A stretch of 64,000 nucleotides of DNA, taken from Actinomycetota bacterium. GTDB lineage: Bacteria; Actinomycetota; CADDZG01; WHSQ01. Shown here in pieces: positions 41,628 to 52,189 of this stretch (the stretch's first letter is position 1; every line of letters starts with the position of its first letter). The notes under the pieces are model-generated. The model searched no databases. It saw only the letters and a list, made by a program, of their open reading frames with translations, and was not told the DNA's origin. The position numbers and the translations under genes are program-made. Location of the stretch: the NCBI GenBank assembly GCA_013697295.1, contig JACCXF010000202.1, forward strand, positions 4,027-68,026. Direction: 5' to 3'.

Positions 41628-42160
41628 TAGCCGCTCACCTGCTCCTTCAGCTGCTCGAGACGGCGCCGGACGCTGCCGTCGATGACGGTGTCTCCGATCT
41701 TTGCGACGACCCCTCCGACGACGGACGGATCGACAAGAACCTTTACCTGCACCTTCTTGCCGGTTGCCTTGGAAAGCGCGGTCGCCAACGCTTCTCGCTG
41801 TTTATCGTCAAGCGGGATCGCAGACCGGACCTCGGCGAGCACGGATTGACGCGCTTCGGCGGCGAGTTCGCTCAGTTCCGAGAGGATCGTCGGCAACTGT
41901 CGAGCCCGACCCTGGGCGACGATGAAGGTCAGCAGGCCAAGGGTGTGCTTCGACACCTTGTCCGACAGTAGCTCGTCCAGCACCTTGATGCGCTGTATCT
42001 GGTCGATGCTCTTGTCGGACAGGGCCTGCTTCAACTCGTGGTTCGAATCGAGGAGCTTTCCGAAGCGATAGAGCTCGTCCTCTACCCGATCGAGTTCTCC
42101 CTCGGCTTGAACGACGCTGAAGAGGGCCTCCGCGTACCCATGGGTGAGCTGGTCAGCCAT
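41627..42160 (-). CDS. atpH: ATP synthase delta
   Basis: [18 protein letters not shown]. Confidence 0.93.
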   Translation of the reverse strand: MADQLTHGYAEALFSVVQAEGELDRVEDELYRFGKLLDSNHELKQALSDKSIDQIQRIKVLDELLSDKVSKHTLGLLTFIVAQGRARQLPTILSELSELAAEARQSVLAEVRSAIPLDDKQREALATALSKATGKKVQVKVLVDPSVVGGVVAKIGDTVIDGSVRRRLEQLKEQVSG

Positions 42161-42164
42161 ATTT

Positions 42165-42725
42165 TTATCGCCCGTTCCCGTTGCCGCTCATGCTCGAGAC
42201 CTCTTTGATGTACGCGTCCACCATGTCGCGTTGACTAGCGTCATCGAGCGAACGGCCGACGACCTTCTCGGCGAGCTCGATAGACAGATCAGCGATCTGG
42301 CCCTGCAGTTCCTGGATCGTGCGCCGGCGCTCGGCCTCGATCTGCTCCTTGGCTTTGCCCACGACGCCCTCGGCGTCCTTCTCGGCCTTGGCGACGATGT
42401 CCTTGCGTACCTGCTCTGCCTGCTGCCGCGCCTCCTCGATCACCCGGTTCGCCTCACTTCGGGCGTCCGCGAGTTGCTCCTTGTAATCGCTCAGCATCTT
42501 CTTGGCCTCGTTCTTCGTTTTCTCCGCCTCTTCGAGCGAGTTCCGAACGGTCGACTCGCGCTCGCGCACGGTTTTCTCGATCCGGGGCCACACGAACTTC
42601 CCGAGCAGGATCGCCACCACGAGAAAGGCCAGCGCCCCCCCGATCAGCTCGGCGGCGGGAGGCAGCACGAGGTCGAGCCCGGTGCGAGCTTCCTCCGCCG
42701 CCGTGATCATCAAGTTGCTTCCCAC
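42165..42725 (-). CDS. atpF: ATP synthase b
   Basis: N-terminal TM, KFVWP, coiled coil, LAEKVV. Confidence 0.93.
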   Translation of the reverse strand: MGSNLMITAAEEARTGLDLVLPPAAELIGGALAFLVVAILLGKFVWPRIEKTVRERESTVRNSLEEAEKTKNEAKKMLSDYKEQLADARSEANRVIEEARQQAEQVRKDIVAKAEKDAEGVVGKAKEQIEAERRRTIQELQGQIADLSIELAEKVVGRSLDDASQRDMVDAYIKEVSSMSGNGNGR

Positions 42726-42744
42726 TACGATCAGCTCCTGTCGA

Positions 42745-43017
<273 letters not shown>

Positions 43018-43857
43018 CTAAGCGGTCGCTAATTCGGTTTCGTATTGCGGTTCTCTGTCTTCGCTCTGATCGCGGGCGGGCTCAGCCGCGTGCTCTTCCT
43101 CGCCTCCGTGGCCGTGGAGAGATTCGGCGATGTAGAAAGCCGTCAGCGTGGTGAAGATGTAGGCCTGGATCGCGATCACCAGCAGCTCGAACACGATCAG
43201 GATGCACGCGACCAGGAACGTGACCACACTCAGTCCCTTGCCGAGGATGTTGCTGCCGAGCAACAGGCTCTCGGTGAACAAGAAGAAGACCGTCAGCAGA
43301 ACGTGTCCTGCCATCATGTTGGCGAACAGCCGGATCGCCAGGGTCAGTGGCCGGATGACGAAGACGGAGAAGAACTCGATCGGCGTCAGGATGAAGTAGA
43401 TCGGCCATGGCACGCCCGGGGGGAACAGCGTCTCTTTGAAGTAACTGAGTCCCTGATGCTTGATCCCGACGGCGTTGAACCAGATCCAGCTCAGCAGCGC
43501 CAGGATCGCCGGGATCGCCATGCGCGATGTCACGGGGAAGTTGATGCCGGGGACGATCTCGAGCAGGTTGCTGAAGAAGATGAAATAGAAGAAGGTCGCC
43601 AGTCCGGGAGCGTATTTCGCCCCCTCGGGGCCGATGACATCGATCGCGATGTTGTTCCGAACGAACAGGTACCCGACCTCGGTCACGTTCTGCAAGCCCT
43701 TGGGCACGAGACTCTTCTGCCGAACCCCAAGAAGGAAGAACCCGACCGTCATCAATGCGGCGAGGTACATGAGGAGTACTACACGGTTGATCTCGAACAG
43801 CGTTCCTTCGAACCAGATGGGTTCCCAGATGAACAAGTGGAAGACGTCAAGCTCCAT
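43018..43857 (-). CDS. atpB: ATP synthase a
   Basis: LAIRLFANMMAGH, IQAYIF. Confidence 0.95.
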   Translation of the reverse strand: MELDVFHLFIWEPIWFEGTLFEINRVVLLMYLAALMTVGFFLLGVRQKSLVPKGLQNVTEVGYLFVRNNIAIDVIGPEGAKYAPGLATFFYFIFFSNLLEIVPGINFPVTSRMAIPAILALLSWIWFNAVGIKHQGLSYFKETLFPPGVPWPIYFILTPIEFFSVFVIRPLTLAIRLFANMMAGHVLLTVFFLFTESLLLGSNILGKGLSVVTFLVACILIVFELLVIAIQAYIFTTLTAFYIAESLHGHGGEEEHAAEPARDQSEDREPQYETELATA

Positions 43858-43861
43858 GTAT

Positions 43862-44278
43862 TCAGCTCCTCGTCTTGGGCACGGTGGCCATCGACTGTTT
43901 CTTCTCGGGATCGATCTTCAAGAAAGCGCTCGCAGCTTCCCAGACCACGACGCCGAGGTGGCTTCCGATCAGAACGATCCCCACCACCGTCAGCTCGATG
44001 TACTCGATGCCGCGCAGAACGAGGAGACCAACGACGACGAGACCCATCCCGGCAGCCAGCGCCGCTATCGCCCCGATCACCAGCAGATCTGGACGATTCT
44101 CGGCCAGGCCCCCGATGATGCGACCGGCGAGCCAGAGGTTAGCGAGGGTGAGAGCGATGCCGGCTGCTCCCGAGACGGCGTAGCGAGGACCTTCAGCGGC
44201 CAAGAGGATTCCGATCACGAGCGGAGCGAACAGGAGTCCTCGTCGGATCATCCGGCGCACCATCTCGAGTTCGATCAA
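43862..44278 (-). CDS. atpI: ATP synthase protein I (4 TM)
   Basis: Four hydrophobic helices; TTGA overlap with the upstream AtpZ-like gene. Confidence 0.7.
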   Translation of the reverse strand: MIELEMVRRMIRRGLLFAPLVIGILLAAEGPRYAVSGAAGIALTLANLWLAGRIIGGLAENRPDLLVIGAIAALAAGMGLVVVGLLVLRGIEYIELTVVGIVLIGSHLGVVVWEAASAFLKIDPEKKQSMATVPKTRS

Positions 44279-44541
44279 GCTTTCCCTCTCCCTTGCGTGT
44301 GCACGTAGACATGCACGATGCCGCCTATCCAACCGACCACCCCGCCGGCCACCTGAGCCCACGGGTCCGTGTCCCACCAACCGTCGAGCAGTCGTCCGAT
44401 GAACCAGAACAAGGCAACGGCCCCGGCGAACTCGAAGGCCAACGACATCGCCTTGCCGAAGTCGGCCGAGCCTCGATACCTATCCGGAGGTTTGCTCACC
44501 TCGTCTGGATCCGCCCCCTCTTCCAACCGTCCCGGCCCCAT
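44275..44541 (-). CDS. AtpZ/AtpI-family 2-TM protein
   Basis: G..LD.W..T.PW motif; first gene of the atp operon. Confidence 0.8.
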   Translation of the reverse strand: MGPGRLEEGADPDEVSKPPDRYRGSADFGKAMSLAFEFAGAVALFWFIGRLLDGWWDTDPWAQVAGGVVGWIGGIVHVYVHTQGRGKA

Positions 44542-44629
44542 CGTTCTCGTCCGTGAGCCGTGCGACTCTCGAGCGATGCAGGGGGCCGTGGAGGGCTATC
44601 GAGCGGTCGAAGCCTAACCCAGCCTCCGC

Positions 44630-44647
44630 TTGTGAATTCTTTCACAA
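44630..44647. promoter_or_regulatory. Rex operator upstream of the atp operon
   Basis: TTGTGAA-TTCT-TTCACAA, a perfect match to the Rex consensus TTGTGAA-N4-TTCACAA; TAGGCT -10 at 44616-44611. Confidence 0.8.
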
Positions 44648-44691
44648 AGTCCCGGATACCTCAACCCGTCCCCTCGCGGGGTGGCATGTGG

Positions 44692-45801
44692 CTAGGTGCG
44701 ACCGTCCAGCAGCTTGGTGAGGAGCGGAAAGAGCGTGTAGATGACGATCGCGGCCACGGCCACCGGGAGAGCGAAGATCACGCCCGAGCTGTCGAGGAAG
44801 CTGAACGCAAGTCCGGCCCCCGCGGCGAGCGCCGACCAGATGTACATCACGATGACGGCTTGACGATGCCCGTGGCCGAGGTCCATCAAGCGATGGTGGA
44901 TGTGCTGCTTGTCCGCCAAGAAGACGTTCCGGCGTTTGCGCGCTCGCCGGACGATCGCCAGGAGCGAGTCCGCGATCGGCAAGGCCAGAACGGCTAGCGG
45001 GATCAGCAACGGGAAGTACGCCAGGAAGACCGCCGAGCCCGAATTCGAAAGTGGGATAGACGGTGCGCTCCCGATGCCGGCGATAGTCGCTCCTCCCAGC
45101 GCGAGACCCAGGAGCATGCTGCCGGAGTCGCCCATGAAGATCTTCGCCGGATAGAAGTTGTGGCGGAGGAAGCCCAATGTTGCTCCGACGATGATGATCG
45201 CGAGCAGAGGAGCTGACGGCGTCAGGTAGCCACCGTTTTCAGCTATCTGATACGTGTAAACGAAGAACGAACTGGCTGCGATCGCGACGATTCCCGCCGC
45301 CAGCCCGTCGAGTCCGTCCACGAGGTTGATGGCGTTCATCATCGCCACCAGCCAGATGACGGTCACGAGCACCGAGACGTCGTCGCTTAGCGAGAGGGTC
45401 TGGGTCGGCAGCAGGAGGTAGTTCATCTTGACTCCGGACAGAAACAAGAGCCCGGCCGCGAAGGTCTGTCCTGCGAGCTTCACCGGCGCGGGGAGAGCGC
45501 GCGCGTCATCCACGGCCCCCAACGCGAAGATAACGAGTGCCCCGGCTGCGATCCCCATCGGCTCGGTCGTGGCGAATACCGTGTTGAACTCGGTGCCTGG
45601 GAGGAACCGGGCTACCACTCCCCCGCCGATCAACCCGAAGAAAAGCGCGAGGCCCCCCAGGGTTGGAGTGGGACGTGCGTGCACCTTGCGGTCGCTCGGC
45701 CGGTCGATGAGGTTCACTTTCACTGCGAACGCACGGACGACGGGCGTCATCACATAAGTGATCACAAACGCGGTGAACCCGACGACGAGATAGGCGCTCA
45801 C
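44692..45801 (-). CDS. wecA: Polyprenyl-phosphate GlcNAc-1-P transferase (WecA/TagO, MraY-like family)
   Basis: GAVDD, NAINLVDGLDGLA, FMGDSG, DKQHIHHRL. Confidence 0.9.
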   Translation of the reverse strand: MSAYLVVGFTAFVITYVMTPVVRAFAVKVNLIDRPSDRKVHARPTPTLGGLALFFGLIGGGVVARFLPGTEFNTVFATTEPMGIAAGALVIFALGAVDDARALPAPVKLAGQTFAAGLLFLSGVKMNYLLLPTQTLSLSDDVSVLVTVIWLVAMMNAINLVDGLDGLAAGIVAIAASSFFVYTYQIAENGGYLTPSAPLLAIIIVGATLGFLRHNFYPAKIFMGDSGSMLLGLALGGATIAGIGSAPSIPLSNSGSAVFLAYFPLLIPLAVLALPIADSLLAIVRRARKRRNVFLADKQHIHHRLMDLGHGHRQAVIVMYIWSALAAGAGLAFSFLDSSGVIFALPVAVAAIVIYTLFPLLTKLLDGRT

Positions 45802-45808
45802 GAGAGCC

Positions 45809-47074
45809 CTACTCCACGTCCGGATACGGCCTGAAACGCTCGGTAAGCTCCCGCACGCGCGCGCGGACCTCGTTCTTGGCGGACTCGGAATCGTCCTTGA
45901 GCGTCGTGGCTATGAGCCGGGCGACCTCCGAGGCTTCGGTCTCTTTCATGCCACACGTCGTGATCGCAGGGGTTCCCACACGGATGCCGGAGGCAATGAA
46001 CGGCTTCTCTGGGTCGTATGGGATCGCGTTCTTGTTCGCGGTGATGCCGACCTCGTCGAGCCGTGCCTCGGCCTCCTTGCCGGTGACGTTCACCGAACGA
46101 ACATCCACGAGCATCAGGTGGTTCTCGGTTTTCCCCGAGACGATGCGAAGGCCCTCCCGACTGAAGGTCTGCGCCATGGCTGCCGCGTTGGCGACGACCT
46201 GCTTGGAGTAGGACCGGAAGTCCTCACTTTGGGCCTCCTTGAACGCAACCGCCTTCGCCGCGATCGAATGCATCATCGGGCCGCCCTGCCACCCGGGGAA
46301 GACGGCTTTGTCGATGGCCTTCGCGTGCTCTTCGCGGCACATGATCATGGCTCCCCTGGGTCCACGCAGGGTCTTGTGCGTCGTGCACGTAACGATGTCG
46401 GCGAACTCGACGGGATTGGGATGAACGCCACCGGCCACCAGCCCGATGAAGTGCGCTGCGTCAACGAGGAGCAATGCGCCAACTTCCTCAGCGATGGCTT
46501 TGAAGCGGGCGAAATCCCAGATCCGGCTGTAGGCCGAGTAGCCGGCGACGAGCATCTTCGGGCGCTCGCGGCGAGCCACATCCGCAACTTGGTCGTAGTC
46601 GATCGTCTCATCGTCCTTACTGACGCCATAGGAGACGACTTTGAACAGCCTGCCCGAAAAGCTGACCGGCGACCCATGGGTGAGGTGCCCTCCGTGAGCG
46701 AGCTCCATGCCCATGATCGTGTCGCCCGGTTCGAGGAAGGCGAAATATGCGGCCACGTTCGCTTGGGCACCTGCGTGGGGTTGAACGTTCACGTGGTCTG
46801 CGCCGAAGATCTGTTTCGCGCGCTCGATCGCCAGGTTCTCAACGATGTCTACGTACTCGCACCCGCCGTAATAACGACGCCCCGGGTATCCCTCGGCGTA
46901 CTTGTTCGTCAAAGGGGTCCCCAAAGCAGCGAGGACCGCTGTTGAAGAGAAATTCTCCGAGGCGATCAGCTCGATCTTCGTGTTCTCGCGATGGACCTCG
47001 GCCATGATCGCCTCGGCCGCCTCCGGATCGATCTTCTCGACGGCCTGCCAGTCGGCCCATCCCGGATTGCTCAT
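45809..47074 (-). CDS. glyA: Serine hydroxymethyltransferase
   Basis: [36 protein letters not shown] overlap with rpiB. Confidence 0.97.
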   Translation of the reverse strand: MSNPGWADWQAVEKIDPEAAEAIMAEVHRENTKIELIASENFSSTAVLAALGTPLTNKYAEGYPGRRYYGGCEYVDIVENLAIERAKQIFGADHVNVQPHAGAQANVAAYFAFLEPGDTIMGMELAHGGHLTHGSPVSFSGRLFKVVSYGVSKDDETIDYDQVADVARRERPKMLVAGYSAYSRIWDFARFKAIAEEVGALLLVDAAHFIGLVAGGVHPNPVEFADIVTCTTHKTLRGPRGAMIMCREEHAKAIDKAVFPGWQGGPMMHSIAAKAVAFKEAQSEDFRSYSKQVVANAAAMAQTFSREGLRIVSGKTENHLMLVDVRSVNVTGKEAEARLDEVGITANKNAIPYDPEKPFIASGIRVGTPAITTCGMKETEASEVARLIATTLKDDSESAKNEVRARVRELTERFRPYPDVE

Positions 47075-47520
47075 GTGCACTCCTCGTTCTCGATCTCGGA
47101 TATCTGCCCGATCCTGCGCTGGTGACGCTCTCCTTCGAACCCGGTCGCCAAGAAGGTCCCTACGATCGCCTCGGCGAAAGTTGGGGCCACGATGCGCCCC
47201 CCAAGCGCAAGGACGTTCGCGTCGTTGTGCTTCCGGGCGAGCCGCGCCGTGAACTCATCGAGACAGAGGGCGGCCCGGACCCCGTGAACCTTGTTCGCGG
47301 CGATCTGCTCACCCTGGCCGCTGCCCCCCATGACGATGCCGAGATCCGCGTCCCCGCCGGTGACTGCTCGTCCGACGGCGGCACATATCGGAGGGTAATC
47401 GACCGGCTCCTCGGATCCGGTCCCCAGATCGATGACCTCGTGACCCTCGTCGATGAGGTATTTGGCGAGATGCGACTTGAGCAGATATCCAGCGTGATCC
47501 GAACCCAGGGCCACTCTCAC
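47071..47520 (-). CDS. rpiB: Ribose-5-phosphate isomerase B
   Basis: [23 protein letters not shown] (actinobacterial type), HNDANVL. Confidence 0.92.
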   Translation of the reverse strand: MRVALGSDHAGYLLKSHLAKYLIDEGHEVIDLGTGSEEPVDYPPICAAVGRAVTGGDADLGIVMGGSGQGEQIAANKVHGVRAALCLDEFTARLARKHNDANVLALGGRIVAPTFAEAIVGTFLATGFEGERHQRRIGQISEIENEECT

Positions 47521-47557
47521 GCCCGCATCCTATCCAGGCGGCCCCCCAACGGCGTTG

Positions 47558-48103
47558 CTATCCCTGCGGCTCGCCGCAGATGATCGCGACCAGGGCGTCG
47601 GTCCCCAGCCGGAGGTCACTCACGCATCGATCGTAGGCGCCGGCCGGAAGCCCGATCGGATCGTCCACGTCGAGGCTCCGGCGAGGCTCGGGGCGGGCCC
47701 CCTCCAGCAGGGCCTGGAGGCGATCCCCCGGGGAGTCGGCGACCGCGGCGCCTGCTCTCATCTCGATCTCGGGGATGGCCTTGATCATCACGAGCTTGCC
47801 CGCCGCCTCAGGGGCAACCTCGAGGATCTCGCGCACGTGGACGCTCGTCATCGCCACTACGAGATCCGCTTGGTTCACTTCGTCCGGGTCGAGGGGTCTC
47901 GTGCGATGAGCCGAGAGGTCGATGCCCCGCTCGCGGAGAGCGTTCACCGCCGACTCAGCGGCCCCGTACCCCGCCTCAGCCCAGGTTCCGGACGATGCGA
48001 CCTCGACTCCGTCGCAATCTCTCCCGCTCAGCGCCTCGCGCATGAGCGACTCGGCCATGGGCGAACGACACAGGTTCCCGGTGCAAACCATCAGTACCTT
48101 CAC
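47558..48103 (-). CDS. Low-molecular-weight protein phosphatase
   Basis: VCTGNLCRSPMAE P-loop, SSGT, DDPIG. Confidence 0.88.
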   Translation of the reverse strand: MKVLMVCTGNLCRSPMAESLMREALSGRDCDGVEVASSGTWAEAGYGAAESAVNALRERGIDLSAHRTRPLDPDEVNQADLVVAMTSVHVREILEVAPEAAGKLVMIKAIPEIEMRAGAAVADSPGDRLQALLEGARPEPRRSLDVDDPIGLPAGAYDRCVSDLRLGTDALVAIICGEPQG

Positions 48104-48208
48104 GGACGGGACATTAGTCGCGCACCGGCCGGCTCCTGCGCCTGGAGCGAAATTGTTGTCGACACGGCAGGGGCAGGAGATGGCCGTGGCGGGGGTAACT
48201 TTGGGGCT

Positions 48209-49711
48209 ATGACTTCTGCATGGGGGGAACTCGTCTCACGCCTCGAGGGGATCACGGATCTCGTCTCCGCCGTGAAGCTCTTCGAGTGGGACCAGGCATC
48301 GATCATGCCTGCCGCGGGAGGACCCGCCCGAGCCCGCGCGAGCTCCACGCTCGAGGGGCTCATCCACGAAAGGCTGACGGATCCCAAGATCGGCGACCTC
48401 CTCAGCCGGCTCGAAGAAGAAGCGGACGCTCTGGACGAGCAGCAGCGCGCGAGCGTCCGGGTGCTGAAGCGCGACTACGAGAAGGCTACGAAGGTCCCCG
48501 AGGAACTCGTCAAGGCCCTCGCCATCGCCCGGGGGAACGCGTACCAGGCTTGGGCTCAGGCGCGGCCTGCCGACGATTTCTCGATCCTTCAGCCCCAGCT
48601 CGAAACACTCATCGACCTCAAGAAACAAGAGGCGGATGCCCTCGGCTGGGAGGGTGAGCGCTATGACGCCCTGCTCGACCAATTCGAGCCCGGGATGAAA
48701 ACGGCCGAGGTGCAGGTGATGTTCGATGAACTGGTCGACGGACTCAGGCCGATCGTCGATGCCGTGCTGGATGCCGTCGACGACCCTCCTGCGTTCCTGG
48801 CACGCGACTACGACGAGGACAAGCAGATGGAGTTCTGTCGCTGGCTCATCAAGCAGCTCGATTTCGACCTCGATCGGGGGCGGCTCGATACCTCGCCTCA
48901 TCCATTCACCATCGCCATCGGCATCGGCGATGTGCGACAAACGACGCGCGCCGAAGCGAATGCTCTGATGACCTCCATCTACGCAACGATCCACGAGACC
49001 GGCCATGCTCTCTACGAGCAGGGCATACCGGATGAAACGCGGGATCTGCCGATCGGCACTTGCCCCTCGCTCGGGATACACGAATCGCAATCTCGCATGT
49101 GGGAGAACCAGGTCGGGCGCAGCCGCGCCTACACGGACTTCCTGCTCCCTCACCTTAAGGAGCGCTTCCCGGAGGAGCTCGGCATGGTCGATCTCGAGGA
49201 GTTCTACCGAGGGGTGAATCATCCGCGCCGGACGTTGATCCGCGTCACGGCAGACGAACTGACCTACAACCTGCATGTGGCCCTGCGATTCGAACTCGAG
49301 ATCGCGATGTTCAGAGACGAGCTCGATGTCGCGGATCTGCCGGACGCATGGGATGCCGCGATGGAGAAGTACGTCGGCATCCGTCCCACCGATCATGCCG
49401 ACGGCGTGCTCCAAGACATGCACTGGTCCATCTCGGCTCTCGGTTACTTCCCCACCTATACCCTGGGGACGATCTACTCGGCAGCATTCTTTGCACAAGC
49501 CGAGAAGGAGCTGGGGGATCTGTCGGACGAGCTTCGCGCTGGGGCCACAACCCGCCTGTTTGAATGGCTACGCGAGAAAGTGCACCGCCACGGCTACATG
49601 TACGACGCGAAGGATCTCGCGGAACAAGTCGTCGGCGGACCGGTAACGGCCACTGCCCTTCTGGACTATCTGCGATCCAAGTATGGAGAGCTCTACTCCG
49701 CGAGCATCTGA
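48209..49711 (+). CDS. Carboxypeptidase M32 (Taq-like)
   Basis: HPF, HETGH, HESQ, IRVTAD, GVLQDMHW, GYFPTY. Confidence 0.95.
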   Translation: MTSAWGELVSRLEGITDLVSAVKLFEWDQASIMPAAGGPARARASSTLEGLIHERLTDPKIGDLLSRLEEEADALDEQQRASVRVLKRDYEKATKVPEELVKALAIARGNAYQAWAQARPADDFSILQPQLETLIDLKKQEADALGWEGERYDALLDQFEPGMKTAEVQVMFDELVDGLRPIVDAVLDAVDDPPAFLARDYDEDKQMEFCRWLIKQLDFDLDRGRLDTSPHPFTIAIGIGDVRQTTRAEANALMTSIYATIHETGHALYEQGIPDETRDLPIGTCPSLGIHESQSRMWENQVGRSRAYTDFLLPHLKERFPEELGMVDLEEFYRGVNHPRRTLIRVTADELTYNLHVALRFELEIAMFRDELDVADLPDAWDAAMEKYVGIRPTDHADGVLQDMHWSISALGYFPTYTLGTIYSAAFFAQAEKELGDLSDELRAGATTRLFEWLREKVHRHGYMYDAKDLAEQVVGGPVTATALLDYLRSKYGELYSASI

Positions 49712-50289
49712 AGCAGGTCTTCTGCGCCCAGAGCGCCTTCTCGCAGGACCAATGGATCATCCACGACCGAGATCACCGTCGACGGAATACCGTCGCAGAC
49801 ACCACCGTCCAGGTACGCGTCAACCGCTTCGCCGAAGACGGCGCGAGCACGAGCCGCCGTGGTGGCGGGCGCGGCACCCGATGCGTTCGCGCTGGTCACC
49901 GCCAGCGGACCCGTCAACCTCAAGAGCTTCAGCAGCGAGTCTGAGTCCGGCACCCTCACAGCGACGGTGCCTTTCTCGCCACCGCCCAGGTCGACCTCGA
50001 ACCCGGTCGCGCGCCTGCAGACGATCGTCAGCGATCCCGGCCAGAATGCCTCCGCCAATCTCTGAGCTCTTGAGTCCAGGTGCGCGACCGCCTCTAGATC
50101 CGCGCGTGCGGCCGCCAGCACCGGGAGCGCCTTGTCGCGCGACCGTCCTTTAAGTTCGAACACGCGCTGCACAGGGCCGGCTCGTAGGGACGCGGCCAGA
50201 CCGTAGACCGTGTCGGTCGGGATCACGGCGAGACCCCCCGAGGCCAGGACCCGGGCGACCGCACGCGGGTCGCTCACCCGCTCGGCCAT
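49693..50289 (-). CDS. tsaC: L-threonylcarbamoyladenylate synthase (TsaC/Sua5)
   Basis: PTDTVYGL, KGR, WPG.LT, TSANASG, PSTVI. Confidence 0.92.
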   Translation of the reverse strand: MAERVSDPRAVARVLASGGLAVIPTDTVYGLAASLRAGPVQRVFELKGRSRDKALPVLAAARADLEAVAHLDSRAQRLAEAFWPGSLTIVCRRATGFEVDLGGGEKGTVAVRVPDSDSLLKLLRLTGPLAVTSANASGAAPATTAARARAVFGEAVDAYLDGGVCDGIPSTVISVVDDPLVLREGALGAEDLLQMLAE

Positions 50290-51119
50290 CGACCGCTGGC
50301 GATGCGCTCTCGCCCGGTCAGGTCGCGCTCCACCGACACTTCGGTGAATCCACGATCCATCAGCAGCGCGCGCGCCAGATCGCCTTGAGACATCCCGATC
50401 TCCAGCACCATCCATCCCGCGGGCGCCAGCCAGTGGGGGCCCTCGGCTATCAATCGACGTAGGACCTCCGTGCCGCCGGCTCCAGCGAACAGGGATCGAT
50501 GCGGCTCGTGGTCGACCACCTCGGGCGGCAGGGACCCCGCCTCGTCGGCGGCCACGTACGGCGGGTTGGCCACGACGACCTGGACGCGCCCTTTGAGGGC
50601 GTTGGCTAGTGCCGAAAGCAGGTCGCAAGCGATCAGGCACACCGGGAGCGCGAGGGAATCGATGTTTCGCCGCGCCCAGCGCGCCGCGTCCAGGGAGGCA
50701 TCGGTTGCGATGACCGTGGCATCGGGCCTCTCCTGTGCGATCGACAGTGCGATAGCGCCCGAGCCCGTCCCCACGTCAACCACCAGTCCATCCGCCGGAA
50801 GCACATCCATCGCCTTCTGAGCAAGCAACTCGGTCTCGGGTCGGGGCACCATGACGCCCGGGCCGACGGACAGGTCCAAGTGGCGAAACCCGGCCATGCC
50901 CGTCACGTACTGAAGGGGCTCGCCCGTCCGACGGCGTGCGGCGAGCTCCTCGGCCAGACGGACCACTCCATCATCGAGCTCCTGGTTCGGTCCGGTCGTC
51001 GATCCGGCCTCGTCCACGGCGGCGTCGATTATCCATCGGGCCTCCCGGTCCGGAACGTCGAGTCCGGCCGATCGGAGCGAACGCGTGAGCTCGCGGATCA
51101 GATCGGAGCGCGTCGTCAG
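50274..51119 (-). CDS. prmC: Release factor glutamine methyltransferase, probable CTG start
   Basis: GEPLQY, PRPETE, DVGTGSG, ANPPY; CTGA overlap with the prfA stop gives 281 aa. Confidence 0.9.
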   Translation of the reverse strand: MTTRSDLIRELTRSLRSAGLDVPDREARWIIDAAVDEAGSTTGPNQELDDGVVRLAEELAARRRTGEPLQYVTGMAGFRHLDLSVGPGVMVPRPETELLAQKAMDVLPADGLVVDVGTGSGAIALSIAQERPDATVIATDASLDAARWARRNIDSLALPVCLIACDLLSALANALKGRVQVVVANPPYVAADEAGSLPPEVVDHEPHRSLFAGAGGTEVLRRLIAEGPHWLAPAGWMVLEIGMSQGDLARALLMDRGFTEVSVERDLTGRERIASGRWPSG

Positions 51120-52189
51120 GCGGCCCCCTCCGCGGGGCCGGACAGATTGGCGGTCAAGGCATCGATCAGATCGTCGAGATCCCCCTCGAGGATCTCGGCC
51201 AGGCGATGGACCGTGTAACCGATGCGGTGATCGCTGACGCGGTTCTCGTGGAAGTTGTAGGTGCGGACGCGTTCGGAACGATCGGCCGTCCGAACCTGCG
51301 CCCGACGCTCGTCGGCCATCGCCTGCATCTGCTGCTCCTGCTTCGCTTGTAGCAGTCGCGCACGCAGGATCCTCATCGCTTTGACGCGGTTCTGGAGCTG
51401 TGACTTCTCGTCCTGGCATGCGACCTCGATCCCGGTCGGTAGATGCTTGATGCGCACGGCCGAGTCAGTCGTGTTGACCGACTGGCCACCCGGACCACTC
51501 GACCTGTAGACGTCGATCTTCAAGTCGTTCTGATCGATCTCGACATCGACCTCTTCGGCCTCCGGGAGCACGTTCACTGCGGCGGCCGATGTGTGGATGC
51601 GACCGCTCGACTCGGTCACCGGCACTCTCTGGACTCGGTGTACGCCCGCCTCGTACTTGAGTCGCGAGTAGGCCCTCTTCCCCTTCACCGAGAAGGTGGT
51701 CTCCTTGATGCCTCCGACGCCGGTTTCGTTGAGCGACAACACCTCGACCGTCCACCTCTTGTTCTCTGCGTAGCGCGAGTACATGCGGGAGAGCTCGGCG
51801 GCGAACAACCCTGCTTCGTCACCGCCGGACCCGGCGCGGATCTCCATGATCACGTCCCGTTCGTCGTTTGGGTCCTTCGGCGTCAGGGCCTCGTTCAACT
51901 GGGTCCCGAGAGTCTCCAGGATGCGCTGCTGATCCGTGATCTCGCGCTCGAGGTACGTGCGTTCCTCGCCTTGAGAGCCGCTCAACATGCCGCGCGCCTC
52001 GTTCAGATCCGATTCCGCCTGCTTGTAAGTACGCCAGGCTTCAACCGTGGGTCGCAGTTCCGAGTGTTCCTTACCGAGCCGCTTCAGGTCATCGGAGCGC
52101 GTCGCGACCTGGGGGTCGGAGAGAGAACGTTCGACCTCCTCGAAACGAGCTTCCATCTCATCGAGACGCTTCTTGGGCGGCGCCATCAC
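51116..52189 (-). CDS. prfA: Peptide chain release factor 1
   Basis: PVT tripeptide, GGQ motif. Confidence 0.97.
   Translation of the reverse strand: MMAPPKKRLDEMEARFEEVERSLSDPQVATRSDDLKRLGKEHSELRPTVEAWRTYKQAESDLNEARGMLSGSQGEERTYLEREITDQQRILETLGTQLNEALTPKDPNDERDVIMEIRAGSGGDEAGLFAAELSRMYSRYAENKRWTVEVLSLNETGVGGIKETTFSVKGKRAYSRLKYEAGVHRVQRVPVTESSGRIHTSAAAVNVLPEAEEVDVEIDQNDLKIDVYRSSGPGGQSVNTTDSAVRIKHLPTGIEVACQDEKSQLQNRVKAMRILRARLLQAKQEQQMQAMADERRAQVRTADRSERVRTYNFHENRVSDHRIGYTVHRLAEILEGDLDDLIDALTANLSGPAEGAA

Noticed and set aside
47555..48208. N-terminal extension making the M32 peptidase 718 aa
   Set aside because: Overlaps the divergent phosphatase gene; ATG 48209 behind TAACTT gives the normal ~500 aa.
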